Below are positions 7,842 through 16,691 of a DNA stretch of 48,253 bases, in pieces. Numbering within the stretch: the stretch's first letter is position 1; the number at the start of each line of letters is the position of its first letter. Source of the stretch: an uncultured Oscillospiraceae bacterium (lineage in GTDB: Bacteria > Bacillota > Clostridia > Oscillospirales > Acutalibacteraceae); contig CAJMBP010000001.1 in assembly GCA_905211675.1 (NCBI GenBank), positions 1 to 48,253 of the forward strand. Direction: 5' to 3'. The notes beneath the pieces are model-generated. The model was not told the DNA's origin. It made no database searches and saw only the letters and a program-made list of their open reading frames with translations. The position numbers and the translations under genes were made by a program.

Positions 7842-8807
7842 ATGAATTTAGAAACTCAAAGGTTAATTTTGCGCCCTTGGAGATTAGATGACGCGCAAAG
7901 CCTTTATAAGTATGCGCGCGACGAAAGGGTAGGTCCTATTGCGGGGTGGAATCCGCACAAAAGCACGGAGGACAGCCGCCGGATAATAAAAGATGTTTTG
8001 TCGGCCGAAAACACCTATGCCGCCGTGCTTAAAGAAACAAACGAGCCTGTAGGCAGCATTGGTCTTATGATAGGCGAAAAAAGTAATTTGAGCCTGCCCG
8101 AAAGCGAGGGCGAAATAGGATATTGGTTAGGCGTGCCGTATTGGGGCAAAGGGTTAATGCCCGAGGCCGTGTGCGAGCTTATACGCTATGCCTTTGACGG
8201 TTTAAAGCTGCAAAGACTTTGGTGCGGCTATTTTGACGGCAACGAAAAGTCAAGGCGCTGTCAGGAAAAATGCGGTTTTAAATATCATCATACAAACAAA
8301 GATATTTATTGGGCTCTGACCGACAATATACGCACCGAGCATATAACAAGCCTTGAAAGGCGGTACGCAAGGCCGCTGATGAGCTTTGAAATACCAAAAG
8401 CCACAGACTTAATTTGGAAGACATTTCTTCGATTTGAAGCCCCCGAATATTCTAAAGAGGGCATAGAGCATTTCAGAGCAAGCCTTAATGATAATGAGCG
8501 TACAAAGGCTATGAAATGGTACGGTGCCTTCGATAACGGCAATCTTGTCGGCGTGCTTTCGGTGCGAAAGCCACAGCATATAGGCGGCTTTTTCGTAAGT
8601 GAGGACCGTCAGGGTCAAGGTTTCGGCAGAATGCTGTTTGAGCTTATGAAATCCGACTTTGAGGTAAAGGAGTTTACCGTTAACTCATCACCCTATGCCG
8701 TCAAAATTTACGAGCATCTCGGTTTTACTGCGACCGGCAAAGAACAAACAATAGACGGCATACGGTTTACACCCATGAAATACGGACAATCGGAGGTTTT
8801 TAGATGA
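7842..8807 (+). CDS. Tandem GNAT acetyltransferase (RimJ/RimL-like N-domain plus a second GNAT domain)
   Basis: The N-terminus is LETQRLILRPWRLDDAQSLYKY...GYWLGVPYWGKGLMPEA. The second domain has VSEDRQGQGFGRMLFE...YEHLGF. Confidence 0.85.
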   Translation: MNLETQRLILRPWRLDDAQSLYKYARDERVGPIAGWNPHKSTEDSRRIIKDVLSAENTYAAVLKETNEPVGSIGLMIGEKSNLSLPESEGEIGYWLGVPYWGKGLMPEAVCELIRYAFDGLKLQRLWCGYFDGNEKSRRCQEKCGFKYHHTNKDIYWALTDNIRTEHITSLERRYARPLMSFEIPKATDLIWKTFLRFEAPEYSKEGIEHFRASLNDNERTKAMKWYGAFDNGNLVGVLSVRKPQHIGGFFVSEDRQGQGFGRMLFELMKSDFEVKEFTVNSSPYAVKIYEHLGFTATGKEQTIDGIRFTPMKYGQSEVFR

Positions 8808-9679
8808 AAGCAATCAAGACAGAACACTTAACAAAATTTTACGGCAAAAGCCGCGGAATAAGCGATGTCGGCCTTTCGGTTAATGAGGGCGACTTTTTCG
8901 GATTCGTCGGCCCAAACGGGGCTGGAAAGTCAACTACAATCCGATTACTGCTCGGTTTAATTTCACCTACAGAGGGAAATGCGCAGGTGCTTGGCAAAAA
9001 CATTTTGAAGCAGCGCACCGAAGTACTTGACGAGGTTGGTTATCTGCCGTCCGAAACGATGTTTTATAACGGAATGCGCGTGCGAGATATTCTTTCGCTG
9101 TCGGCAAAGCTGCGAAAAGCCGATTGTGCTAAAGAGGCAAAAATACTTTGTGAGGCTCTTAAGCTTGACCCGTCACGGCGGGTAGATGAGCTGTCCCTCG
9201 GCAACCGTAAAAAGGTGGGAATTGTCTGTGCGCTTCAGCACAAACCGAGGTTATATATTTTAGACGAACCCACAAGCGGTTTAGACCCGCTTATGCAAAG
9301 GGAGTTTTACAAACTGCTTACCGAGCGCAATCGCGAGGGAGCAACCGTTTTTCTCTCATCGCATAATCTGTCTGAGGTTGACCGTTACTGTACGCACGCC
9401 GCCGTTATTAAAAACGGTGAAATTCTTGTGTCGGACAGCATACAAAAGCTCGGTCATACCGGTGTAAAAAAGGTCAGCCTGCGCGGAGCCTACCAGAAGC
9501 CCGAAATAAGCAATGCTAAAAATTTAAAGTTCGAAAACGGAAATGTCAGCTTTCTGTACAGCGGAAATCCAAAGGATTTGCTGTCTCAGCTTTCAAAAAC
9601 CGATTTTGAAGACTTTACCGTTACCGACCCCGAATTAGAAGAAGTGTTTATGCACTACTACACAAAGGAGGAAGAATAA
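8804..9679 (+). CDS. ABC transporter ATP-binding protein (ABC-2 exporter type)
   Basis: Walker A GPNGAGKST, signature LSLGNRKK, Walker B LYILDEPTSGLD. The start overlaps the upstream stop. Confidence 0.92.
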   Translation: MKAIKTEHLTKFYGKSRGISDVGLSVNEGDFFGFVGPNGAGKSTTIRLLLGLISPTEGNAQVLGKNILKQRTEVLDEVGYLPSETMFYNGMRVRDILSLSAKLRKADCAKEAKILCEALKLDPSRRVDELSLGNRKKVGIVCALQHKPRLYILDEPTSGLDPLMQREFYKLLTERNREGATVFLSSHNLSEVDRYCTHAAVIKNGEILVSDSIQKLGHTGVKKVSLRGAYQKPEISNAKNLKFENGNVSFLYSGNPKDLLSQLSKTDFEDFTVTDPELEEVFMHYYTKEEE

Positions 9680-10465
9680 ATGACCGTTTTCTTTCATGAG
9701 CTTAAACGGGGCAGAATTTCCTTGCTTATTTGGTCTGCCGCCATTGCCTTTATGCTTGCAATTTGCGTTATTATATACCCCGAAATGAAATCTCAAATGG
9801 GTGATATAAGCGCGATGTTCGCCGACATGGGCAGTTTTTCAGAGGCTTTCGGAATGGATAAAATAAACTTCGGCTCATTTACGGGCTTTTTCGGCGTGGA
9901 ATGCGGAAATGTTTTAGGCTTAGGCGGAGCTTTTTTTGCTGCAATTATCGGCATTTCGGCCCTTTCAAAAGAAGAAAAGGAGCACACCGCCGAATTTCTT
10001 TTGACACACCCCGTTTCAAGAACTGCCGTCATAGAGCAAAAATTATTTGCGGTTTTTGCCCAAATAACAATATTAAATATTGCCGTTGCCGCGATAACCG
10101 CAGTTTCGATTGTTGCAATAGGTGAAGATGCCGATGTAAAAACTGTGTTTTTGCTGTTTCTGTCCTACTTTATTTTGCAGATTGAAATTGCCGCAATAAC
10201 CTTTGGAATTTCGGCGTTTATAAAGGGCAACGGTCTTGGCATAGGGTTAGGTATAGCGGTAGTATTCTACTTTTTAAATATTATTGCCAATTTAACCGAG
10301 AACACCGAATTTCTTAAATACCTTACGCCCTTCGGCTATACCGAAGGCTCCGATATTATTTCAAGCGGAAAAATTGAAATTAAATATCTGTCGGTCGGGC
10401 TTTTATTTGCGGCGTTGGGTATTACCGCGGCATTTATTAAATACAGAAAAAAAGACATAGGTTAA
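9680..10465 (+). CDS. ABC-2 family transporter permease
   Basis: There are six predicted TM segments. The FFHELKRGRISLLIW N-terminus is typical of ABC-2 membrane proteins. The RBS is AAGGAGGAAG. Confidence 0.8.
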   Translation: MTVFFHELKRGRISLLIWSAAIAFMLAICVIIYPEMKSQMGDISAMFADMGSFSEAFGMDKINFGSFTGFFGVECGNVLGLGGAFFAAIIGISALSKEEKEHTAEFLLTHPVSRTAVIEQKLFAVFAQITILNIAVAAITAVSIVAIGEDADVKTVFLLFLSYFILQIEIAAITFGISAFIKGNGLGIGLGIAVVFYFLNIIANLTENTEFLKYLTPFGYTEGSDIISSGKIEIKYLSVGLLFAALGITAAFIKYRKKDIG

Positions 10466-10480
10466 GGGAAGAAAATCATA

Positions 10481-11395
10481 ATGGAACATATTATTGAAAT
10501 AGAACATCTTTGCAAGTCGTTCGGCGATATAAAAGCAGTTCAAGATTTGTCTTTTGTGGTAAAACGCGGCGAGCTGTTTGCGTTTTTGGGCGTCAACGGA
10601 GCCGGAAAATCAACAACCATTTCTATGCTTTGCGGACAGCTTAAAAAAGACAGCGGAAAAATTTCGGTATGCGGAAATGATGTAGAACATAATTTTGATA
10701 AAATAAGCAAAAAAATCGGAGTTGTTTTTCAAAATTCCGCTCTTGACGCTCCGCTTTCGGTTTATGACAATCTGCGAAGCCGCGCGGCGCTTTACGGCAT
10801 TACCGGAAAAGAATTTTCCAAAAAACTTAATGAGCTTTCCAGGCTTCTTGATTTTGCCGATTTGATAGGCCGACCGCTCGGCAGGCTTTCGGGCGGTCAA
10901 AAAAGGCGTATTGATATTGCGCGGGCGCTTTTGCACGAGCCCGAGATACTTATTCTTGACGAGCCTACCACCGGTCTTGACCCACAGACAAGGAGGCTTT
11001 TATGGAATGTAATAAACACCCTTCGAAAAGAAAAGCAAATGACTGTGTTTTTAACCACCCACTATATGGAAGAGGCGGCAGACGCAGACTATATAGTAAT
11101 TATTGACAGCGGAAAAATTTCTGCAAAAGGAACGCCGCTTGAGCTTAAAAACCGATATGCCGGCGATTACATTACTGTTTACAAAACAGAAGAAAGCATT
11201 GTAAAACAGTTTGAAATGCCGTACGAAAAAATCAGAGACGCATTTCGCATTTCGGTTCCCGATACCGCAAAGGCTACAGAATTGATTTTGTCTTATCCCG
11301 ACGCTTTTAAGGATTATGAGATAATCAAGGGCAATATGGACGATGTATTTCTTTCGGTTACGGGCAAAAAGCTTATAGGGGGTACTGAGCAATGA
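10481..11395 (+). CDS. ABC transporter ATP-binding protein (DrrA-like, ABC-2 exporter type)
   Basis: Walker A GVNGAGKST, signature LSGGQKRR, Walker B ILILDEPTTGLD, H-loop TTHYMEEA. Confidence 0.92.
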   Translation: MEHIIEIEHLCKSFGDIKAVQDLSFVVKRGELFAFLGVNGAGKSTTISMLCGQLKKDSGKISVCGNDVEHNFDKISKKIGVVFQNSALDAPLSVYDNLRSRAALYGITGKEFSKKLNELSRLLDFADLIGRPLGRLSGGQKRRIDIARALLHEPEILILDEPTTGLDPQTRRLLWNVINTLRKEKQMTVFLTTHYMEEAADADYIVIIDSGKISAKGTPLELKNRYAGDYITVYKTEESIVKQFEMPYEKIRDAFRISVPDTAKATELILSYPDAFKDYEIIKGNMDDVFLSVTGKKLIGGTEQ

Positions 11396-12288
11396 CGGGT
11401 TTATTTAATGTGTTTCGCCGTAATATAAAGCTGTTTTTTAAAGATAAGGGAATGTTTTTCTCATCGCTTATTACACCTATAATACTGCTTGTGCTATATG
11501 CGACCTTTCTTGCCAACATATACAAGCAAAGCTTTTCTTCGGCGTTGCCGCAAGGCGTTATTGTGCCGCAGGAGCTGCTTGACGGCACGGTTGTTTGCCA
11601 GCTGGTTGCTTCGCTGCTTGCAGTGTGCTGTGTGACCGTTTCGTTTTGCGCAAATTTACTTATGATAAATGACAGAGCAAATAAAACCGTAATAGATTTT
11701 AAGGTCTCGCCCGTTAAACACGGTACGCTTGCAATCGGTTATTACTTAGCCTCTGCCGCAAGCACGCTCATTATAACGCTTACCGCCCTTGCTGTAAGCT
11801 TGGGGTATGTTGCGCTTAAAGGCTGGTATTTATCGGCGGCCGATGTTTTTTGCGTAATCGGCGATGTGTTTATGTTAACGCTTTTCGGAACCGCGCTTTC
11901 ATCATGTATCAATTTCTTTTTGACAACAAGCGGGCAAGCCTCTGCTGTAGGAACGGTAATAAGCGCTGGCTACGGTTTTCTTTGCGGAGCCTATATGCCG
12001 ATTTCAAACTTTTCAAAAGGGCTTAGGAATGTGCTTATGTATCTGCCCGGCACTTACGGAACAAGCCTTGTACGCAATCATATGATGCGCGGTGTTTTTG
12101 CCGAAATGGAGGCGTGCGGCTTTCCTAAAGATGTGATGACCGGTATTCGTGACAGCATTGACTGCAATTTGTATTTTAACTCAAACGCCGTTTCGGTTAA
12201 TACCATGGCGGCGGTGCTTATAGGTTCGGTATTGCTGTTTACCGGCATTTTTGTTTTGATGAATATTCTTACAAAAAACAAAAAATAA
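11392..12288 (+). CDS. ABC-2 type transporter permease
   Basis: A polytopic membrane protein with an ATGA overlap to the preceding ATPase gene. Confidence 0.8.
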   Translation: MTGLFNVFRRNIKLFFKDKGMFFSSLITPIILLVLYATFLANIYKQSFSSALPQGVIVPQELLDGTVVCQLVASLLAVCCVTVSFCANLLMINDRANKTVIDFKVSPVKHGTLAIGYYLASAASTLIITLTALAVSLGYVALKGWYLSAADVFCVIGDVFMLTLFGTALSSCINFFLTTSGQASAVGTVISAGYGFLCGAYMPISNFSKGLRNVLMYLPGTYGTSLVRNHMMRGVFAEMEACGFPKDVMTGIRDSIDCNLYFNSNAVSVNTMAAVLIGSVLLFTGIFVLMNILTKNKK

Positions 12289-12322
12289 ACCCTTGAATTT
12301 TTAAAGCTCTCTATACACAAAC

Positions 12323-12358
12323 AAAAAATCCTTTGCCCTATGTCGGCAAAGGATTTTT
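12323..12358. terminator. Bidirectional rho-independent terminator
   Basis: Stem ATCCTTTGCC (12328-12337) / GGCAAAGGAT (12345-12354), flanked by an A-run and a T-run, between convergent genes. Confidence 0.8.
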
Positions 12359-12389
12359 AAACCTTTAAACAAATATTATTTTTCTGTAA

Positions 12390-12722
12390 TCAGTCAAATA
12401 TAACCGATTTTTTCTTTCCGTTTTTATTGCGCGGATACTCCCTTATACGAACAATAAAATCAAAATTTACAGCCTCTTCGGCATTGCCCCTTAATAAAAG
12501 AATTCCGCCCTCGTTCACCTCTTTGATAATGCCTGTAAGCTGTGAATTAAAGGTGTAAACAATACATTCTTTACCTAAAAATTTTTTTGCCATTTCAAAC
12601 ATTTGAATATCCCCCGTTTTTCGCTTTTTCATTATGTTTTTTATAACAGTCAAATTATTTTGCCTTGTAACAAACAAAACAACAAACATCATAATTATAG
12701 GTATAAAATATGCATGATTCAA
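12390..12722 (-). CDS. Small hypothetical protein (start ambiguous)
   Basis: The long form starts at TTG 12722 after AAGGTGG and adds one TM helix. The short form starts at ATG 12602 (MFEMAKKFLGKECIVY...) after GGGGGA. There is no recognisable catalytic motif. Confidence 0.55.
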   Translation of the reverse strand: MNHAYFIPIIMMFVVLFVTRQNNLTVIKNIMKKRKTGDIQMFEMAKKFLGKECIVYTFNSQLTGIIKEVNEGGILLLRGNAEEAVNFDFIVRIREYPRNKNGKKKSVIFD

Positions 12723-12825
12723 AAAACCGCCACCTTAAAATTGCCGTTTTGACTTTTTGTATTTATTATACCGATAATCAGAAATAAGTCAAGTTTTCAA
12801 AAGCATTTTGGGGCTTAATATTGTG

Positions 12826-12854
12826 TTGCTCTTTTTATAACATAATGTTATAAT
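12826..12854 (+). promoter_or_regulatory. SigA-type promoter for the DUF218-malQ unit
   Basis: TTGCTC, a 17-nt spacer, TGtTATAAT (extended -10; TATAAT at 12849-12854). Confidence 0.5.
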
Positions 12855-12874
12855 GCTTTAAGGTAGGTGATTGT

Positions 12875-13618
12875 GTGAAATTTGCAGTTTTAAAACGGAT
12901 TGCAAAAACGGTTTTTATTGCGATAGGTACAATTATTACATTTAACGGCGTCGCGCTGTTTTTTGTATCAAACCTTAATTTGGGTAATTTTATGACCGTA
13001 GCGCTCGGTTGCGTTATTATTCTGTTAGGTGTATTTTTTAATAAAACGGCAAAACTTTTGAAATTTTTGATTTTAGTGTGTTTATGCCTTGTAGTTTTAT
13101 TTGCAGGCAGTTTGATATTATACGGCAAAAGCGACAGTGTTACATATAACGAAGACGCCGTTATTGTTTTGGGCGCGGCAGTGCACGGAAAAACGCCGTC
13201 TCTTACACTTAAAAGGCGGCTTGACACCGCGGTAAAGTATCACGGCGAAAACCCCGACGCATTGATTATTGTAAGCGGGGGTAAAGGCTACGGAGAAGAT
13301 ATAACCGAAGCCGAGGCAATGCAAAACTATCTTGTAAGTCACGGTGTTTCCGAGAATAAAATTATAAAAGAAGAAAAGGCGACAAGCACCTATGAAAACT
13401 TTGCCTTTTCTAAGGAAATATTGGATAATAGCCTTAACCGCGATTATACCGCCGCATTTATCACAAACGAATACCATATATTGAGGGCAAACCTTTGTGC
13501 AAATGAAACGGGCTTAAAAAATATAACCCATACACACAGCAACACTAATTTGTCATACTTGATTTCAGGCACATTGCGCGAGTGTTTAGCCGTTATAAAA
13601 TATACAGTCTTTAAATAA
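12875..13618 (+). CDS. YdcF/SanA/ElyC-family (DUF218) membrane-anchored protein
   Basis: The GTG start follows AGGTAGGTGA. Two N-terminal TM helices precede the DUF218 core VIVLGAAVHGKTPS..L..RLD.A...IIVSGGKG...EAEAM..YL...KATSTYEN. Confidence 0.85.
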   Translation: MKFAVLKRIAKTVFIAIGTIITFNGVALFFVSNLNLGNFMTVALGCVIILLGVFFNKTAKLLKFLILVCLCLVVLFAGSLILYGKSDSVTYNEDAVIVLGAAVHGKTPSLTLKRRLDTAVKYHGENPDALIIVSGGKGYGEDITEAEAMQNYLVSHGVSENKIIKEEKATSTYENFAFSKEILDNSLNRDYTAAFITNEYHILRANLCANETGLKNITHTHSNTNLSYLISGTLRECLAVIKYTVFK

Positions 13619-13630
13619 TCGGAGTTTACT

Positions 13631-15109
13631 ATGAGAAAAAACGGAATTTTAATGCCTATATTTTCGTTGCCTTCACCCCACGGTATAGGCACCTTCGGCA
13701 AGGCAGCCTTTGAATTTGTTGACTTTTTGAATAAGGGTGCGCAGTCCCTTTGGCAGATATTGCCGCTTAACCCCACAAATTTCGGCGACTCGCCCTATCA
13801 GTCTTTTTCATCATTTGCAGGCAACCCTTACTTCATTGACCTTGACCTGCTCACAGATGAGGGGTTGCTTACCGCATCCGAAATTGAGTCCTTTGATTTC
13901 GGCAATGACCCCGAGAGCATAGATTACGAAAAGCTTTACAACACCCGTTACAAAGCTTTAAAAATCGCTTTTGACCGTTTCAAAAAAGATAAAAAATACA
14001 GCGAATTCACCGCCGAAAACGCATATTGGCTTGACAGCTACGCGCTTTTTATGGCAATAAAATCGGCAAACGGCGGCAAGGCTTGGTACGAATGGGACTC
14101 TGCGTTCAAAAAAAGTGAGCCCGCGGCGCTTTCAAAAGCACAAGGCGAGCTTGCCGAAGATATTGAATTTCATAAATTTTTGCAGTTCAAGTTTAACGAG
14201 CAATGGTTTTTACTTAAAGAATATGCAAATCAAAACGGCGTAGAAATCATAGGTGATATACCGATTTATGTGGCACTTGACAGTGCAGATGTGTGGGCAA
14301 GCCCAGAGCAATTTTTGTTAAATGACGACTACACCCCAAAAGCCGTTGCAGGTGTTCCGCCCGACGCTTTCAGCTCAGACGGACAACTTTGGGGCAATCC
14401 ACTATATGATTGGAAATATATGAAAAAAACAGGATATTCTTGGTGGAAGCAATATTTAGGTCATGCGCTTAAAATGTATGACACCGTAAGAATTGATCAC
14501 TTCAGAGGCTTCGAATCATTTTTTGCAATACCCTACGGTGACGCAGACGCCAAGGGCGGCAAATGGGTAAAAGGCCCCAACACCGATTTATTTAAGGCTT
14601 TACGCGCCGAGTTTGGCAAAAATCTGCCTATAATTGCCGAAGATTTAGGAATTATAACACCCAAGGTTCGCAAAATGCTTAAAGCCACGGGATTCCCCGG
14701 TATGAAGGTTTTGCAGTTCGCCTTTGACGGCGACAGTGACAACACCTATCTGCCGCATAATCTTGAGTCTAACTGCGTAATTTACACGGGCACTCACGAT
14801 AATGACACAATTATGGGTTGGCTTGAAAGCAGTAATCGCGACACGGTAAAGCAGGCAAAAAATTATTTTAATTATCAAGACAACAACGGCTTTAACTGGG
14901 CCATGATGAAAACCGCAATGGCAAGTGTTGCCGATACCTGCATACTTATGATGGGCGACCTTTTAGGCCTTGACTCGTCAGGCAGAATAAACACACCCTC
15001 GACCCTCGGAAACAACTGGAAATGGCGAATTAAACGCGAATGTATAAACGATTGGCTCGCCGACATATTAAAAGAAAATACCGCACTTTACGGAAGACAA
15101 AACAAGTGA
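13631..15109 (+). CDS. malQ: 4-alpha-glucanotransferase (amylomaltase, GH77)
   Basis: RKNGILMPIFSLPSPHGIGTFG...WQILPLNP...SPYQS, RIDHFRGF, IAEDLG and THDNDT are GH77 signature blocks. The protein is 492 aa. Confidence 0.93.
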   Translation: MRKNGILMPIFSLPSPHGIGTFGKAAFEFVDFLNKGAQSLWQILPLNPTNFGDSPYQSFSSFAGNPYFIDLDLLTDEGLLTASEIESFDFGNDPESIDYEKLYNTRYKALKIAFDRFKKDKKYSEFTAENAYWLDSYALFMAIKSANGGKAWYEWDSAFKKSEPAALSKAQGELAEDIEFHKFLQFKFNEQWFLLKEYANQNGVEIIGDIPIYVALDSADVWASPEQFLLNDDYTPKAVAGVPPDAFSSDGQLWGNPLYDWKYMKKTGYSWWKQYLGHALKMYDTVRIDHFRGFESFFAIPYGDADAKGGKWVKGPNTDLFKALRAEFGKNLPIIAEDLGIITPKVRKMLKATGFPGMKVLQFAFDGDSDNTYLPHNLESNCVIYTGTHDNDTIMGWLESSNRDTVKQAKNYFNYQDNNGFNWAMMKTAMASVADTCILMMGDLLGLDSSGRINTPSTLGNNWKWRIKRECINDWLADILKENTALYGRQNK

Positions 15110-15116
15110 AAAATAA

Positions 15117-15142
15117 CCTGCCTGAATTTTAATTCAGGCAGG
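15117..15142. terminator. Bidirectional rho-independent terminator between malQ and the malic enzyme gene
   Basis: An 11-bp perfect stem CCTGCCTGAAT / ATTCAGGCAGG with loop TTTA. Confidence 0.8.
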
Positions 15143-15151
15143 CTATTTCTT

Positions 15152-16327
15152 TTAAATCTTTCTAGCCACGCCGCTGCTCTTTGCCGCTTCGGCAACTGCT
15201 GCCGCTACGGCAGGTGCTATACGCTTATCGAAAGCCTTTGGCAATATGTAATCAGCGGCAAGCTCTGTTTCATCTACGAGCGATGCTATGGCGTATGATG
15301 CGGCGGTAAGCATTTCTTTGTTAATGTCGGAAGCCCGCACATCTAACGCTCCGCGGAAAATACCGGGAAAAGCCAACACATTGTTTATCTGATTTGCAAA
15401 ATCGGATCTTCCCGTTCCTACTACGCACGCACCGCCGGCAAGTGCCTCGTCGGGCATAATTTCGGGCACGGGGTTTGCCATAGGAAATACTACCGATTTT
15501 TCATTCATAGACGCTATCATTTCACGCGTTACTATGTTAGGCGCCGACACGCCTATAAACACATCTGCCGAGCGCATAACATCGGCAAGAGTTCCCTTTT
15601 CACAGTTTGGATTGGTTTTTTCGGCAAGCTCGTTGTGCGCATTGCTTAAATTAGGCATACCCTTGTAAATTGCACCCTGTTTGTCGCACATAATAAGATT
15701 TTTAACGCCTAAATCAAGCAAATGCTCGCCTATGGCAGTGCCTGCGGCACCCGCACCGTTAATAACACATTTAATTTGGGTAATTTTTTTGCCTACAACC
15801 TTAAGCGCGTTAAGCAAAGCCGCCGCCACTACAACCGCAGTACCGTGCTGGTCGTCGTGAAAAACGGGTATATCGCAAATTTCTTTAAGCCTGCGTTCAA
15901 TTTCGAAGCAACGGGGTGCGGCTATATCCTCAAGGTTTATTCCGCCGAACGAGCCCGAAAGCAGATAAACGGTCCGCACAATTTCATCAATATCCTGAGT
16001 TTTTATGCAAAGCGGAAAAGCGTCAACCCCTGCAAATTCTTTAAATAAAACGCACTTACCCTCCATAACGGGCATACCTGCTTCTGCCCCTATGTCACCC
16101 AAGCCCAATACCGCAGAGCCGTCGGTTATAACCGCCACCATATTGCCGCGGCGTGTAAGCTCATACGACTTGTTTATATCCTTTTGAATTTCGAGGCAGG
16201 GTTCGGCAACACCGGGTGTGTATGCAAGCGACAGCTGCTTACTGTCGGTAACAGGTGTGCGTGATGCAACCTCAATTTTACCCTGCCATTCATAATGCTT
16301 TTTTAAAGATTCTTTTCTGATATCCAT
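15152..16327 (-). CDS. NAD(P)-dependent malic enzyme (short, single-module type)
   Basis: LSLAYTPGVA, ITDGSAVLGLGDIG, MPVMEGK, FGGINLEDI and INGAGAAG are malic-enzyme blocks. I placed the start at ATG 16327 (MDIRKESL), 5 nt after GGTGG. The ORF-track GTG at 16336 lies inside that RBS. Confidence 0.92.
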   Translation of the reverse strand: MDIRKESLKKHYEWQGKIEVASRTPVTDSKQLSLAYTPGVAEPCLEIQKDINKSYELTRRGNMVAVITDGSAVLGLGDIGAEAGMPVMEGKCVLFKEFAGVDAFPLCIKTQDIDEIVRTVYLLSGSFGGINLEDIAAPRCFEIERRLKEICDIPVFHDDQHGTAVVVAAALLNALKVVGKKITQIKCVINGAGAAGTAIGEHLLDLGVKNLIMCDKQGAIYKGMPNLSNAHNELAEKTNPNCEKGTLADVMRSADVFIGVSAPNIVTREMIASMNEKSVVFPMANPVPEIMPDEALAGGACVVGTGRSDFANQINNVLAFPGIFRGALDVRASDINKEMLTAASYAIASLVDETELAADYILPKAFDKRIAPAVAAAVAEAAKSSGVARKI

Positions 16328-16357
16328 TTGTACCACCGAAAAAATAAATGCCTTGCT

Positions 16358-16588
16358 TTAATGAGCCTTGCGCCATTCCTCTGCCTTGCTTGCAGACAGC
16401 CTTGTAATATTCTCGTTCGGGTGAATGGAATCAACCCCGCCGTTCACATAAATAAAATATTTTCCGTTTTCGGTAACATAAAGGCTTTCCTCGTAACCGT
16501 CGGTATCGCCGAAAGTGCCGTATGTATGTTTTTTAACAAGCGAAGCCGTGTCGGTATCGTATTCAACCTTACATATAATTTTTTTCAT
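16358..16588 (-). CDS. Small conserved hypothetical protein (76 aa)
   Basis: ATG 16588 (MKKIICKVEYD...) follows AAAGGAGA. The longer ORF-track start at 16618 would lie within or upstream of the predicted -10 box. Confidence 0.55.
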   Translation of the reverse strand: MKKIICKVEYDTDTASLVKKHTYGTFGDTDGYEESLYVTENGKYFIYVNGGVDSIHPNENITRLSASKAEEWRKAH

Positions 16589-16616
16589 ATTTAGAATCTC
16601 CTTTATTTTTTCATAC

Positions 16617-16645
16617 ATTATACATTATATTGCAAAAAAATTCAA
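16617..16645 (-). promoter_or_regulatory. SigA-type promoter for the small ORF plus malic enzyme unit
   Basis: On the minus strand: TTGAAT (16645-16640), a 17-nt spacer, TATAAT (16622-16617). Confidence 0.5.
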
Positions 16646-16654
16646 CCAAAAACT

Positions 16655-16688
16655 AAAAGGGATGTAAAACTGTTTTTACACCCCTTTT
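16655..16688 (-). terminator. Rho-independent terminator after the GH38 gene
   Basis: On the minus strand: AAAAGGGGTGTAAAA-ACAG-TTTTACATCCCTTTT (one G-U pair), followed by a T-rich tail. Confidence 0.7.
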
Positions 16689-16691
16689 ATG

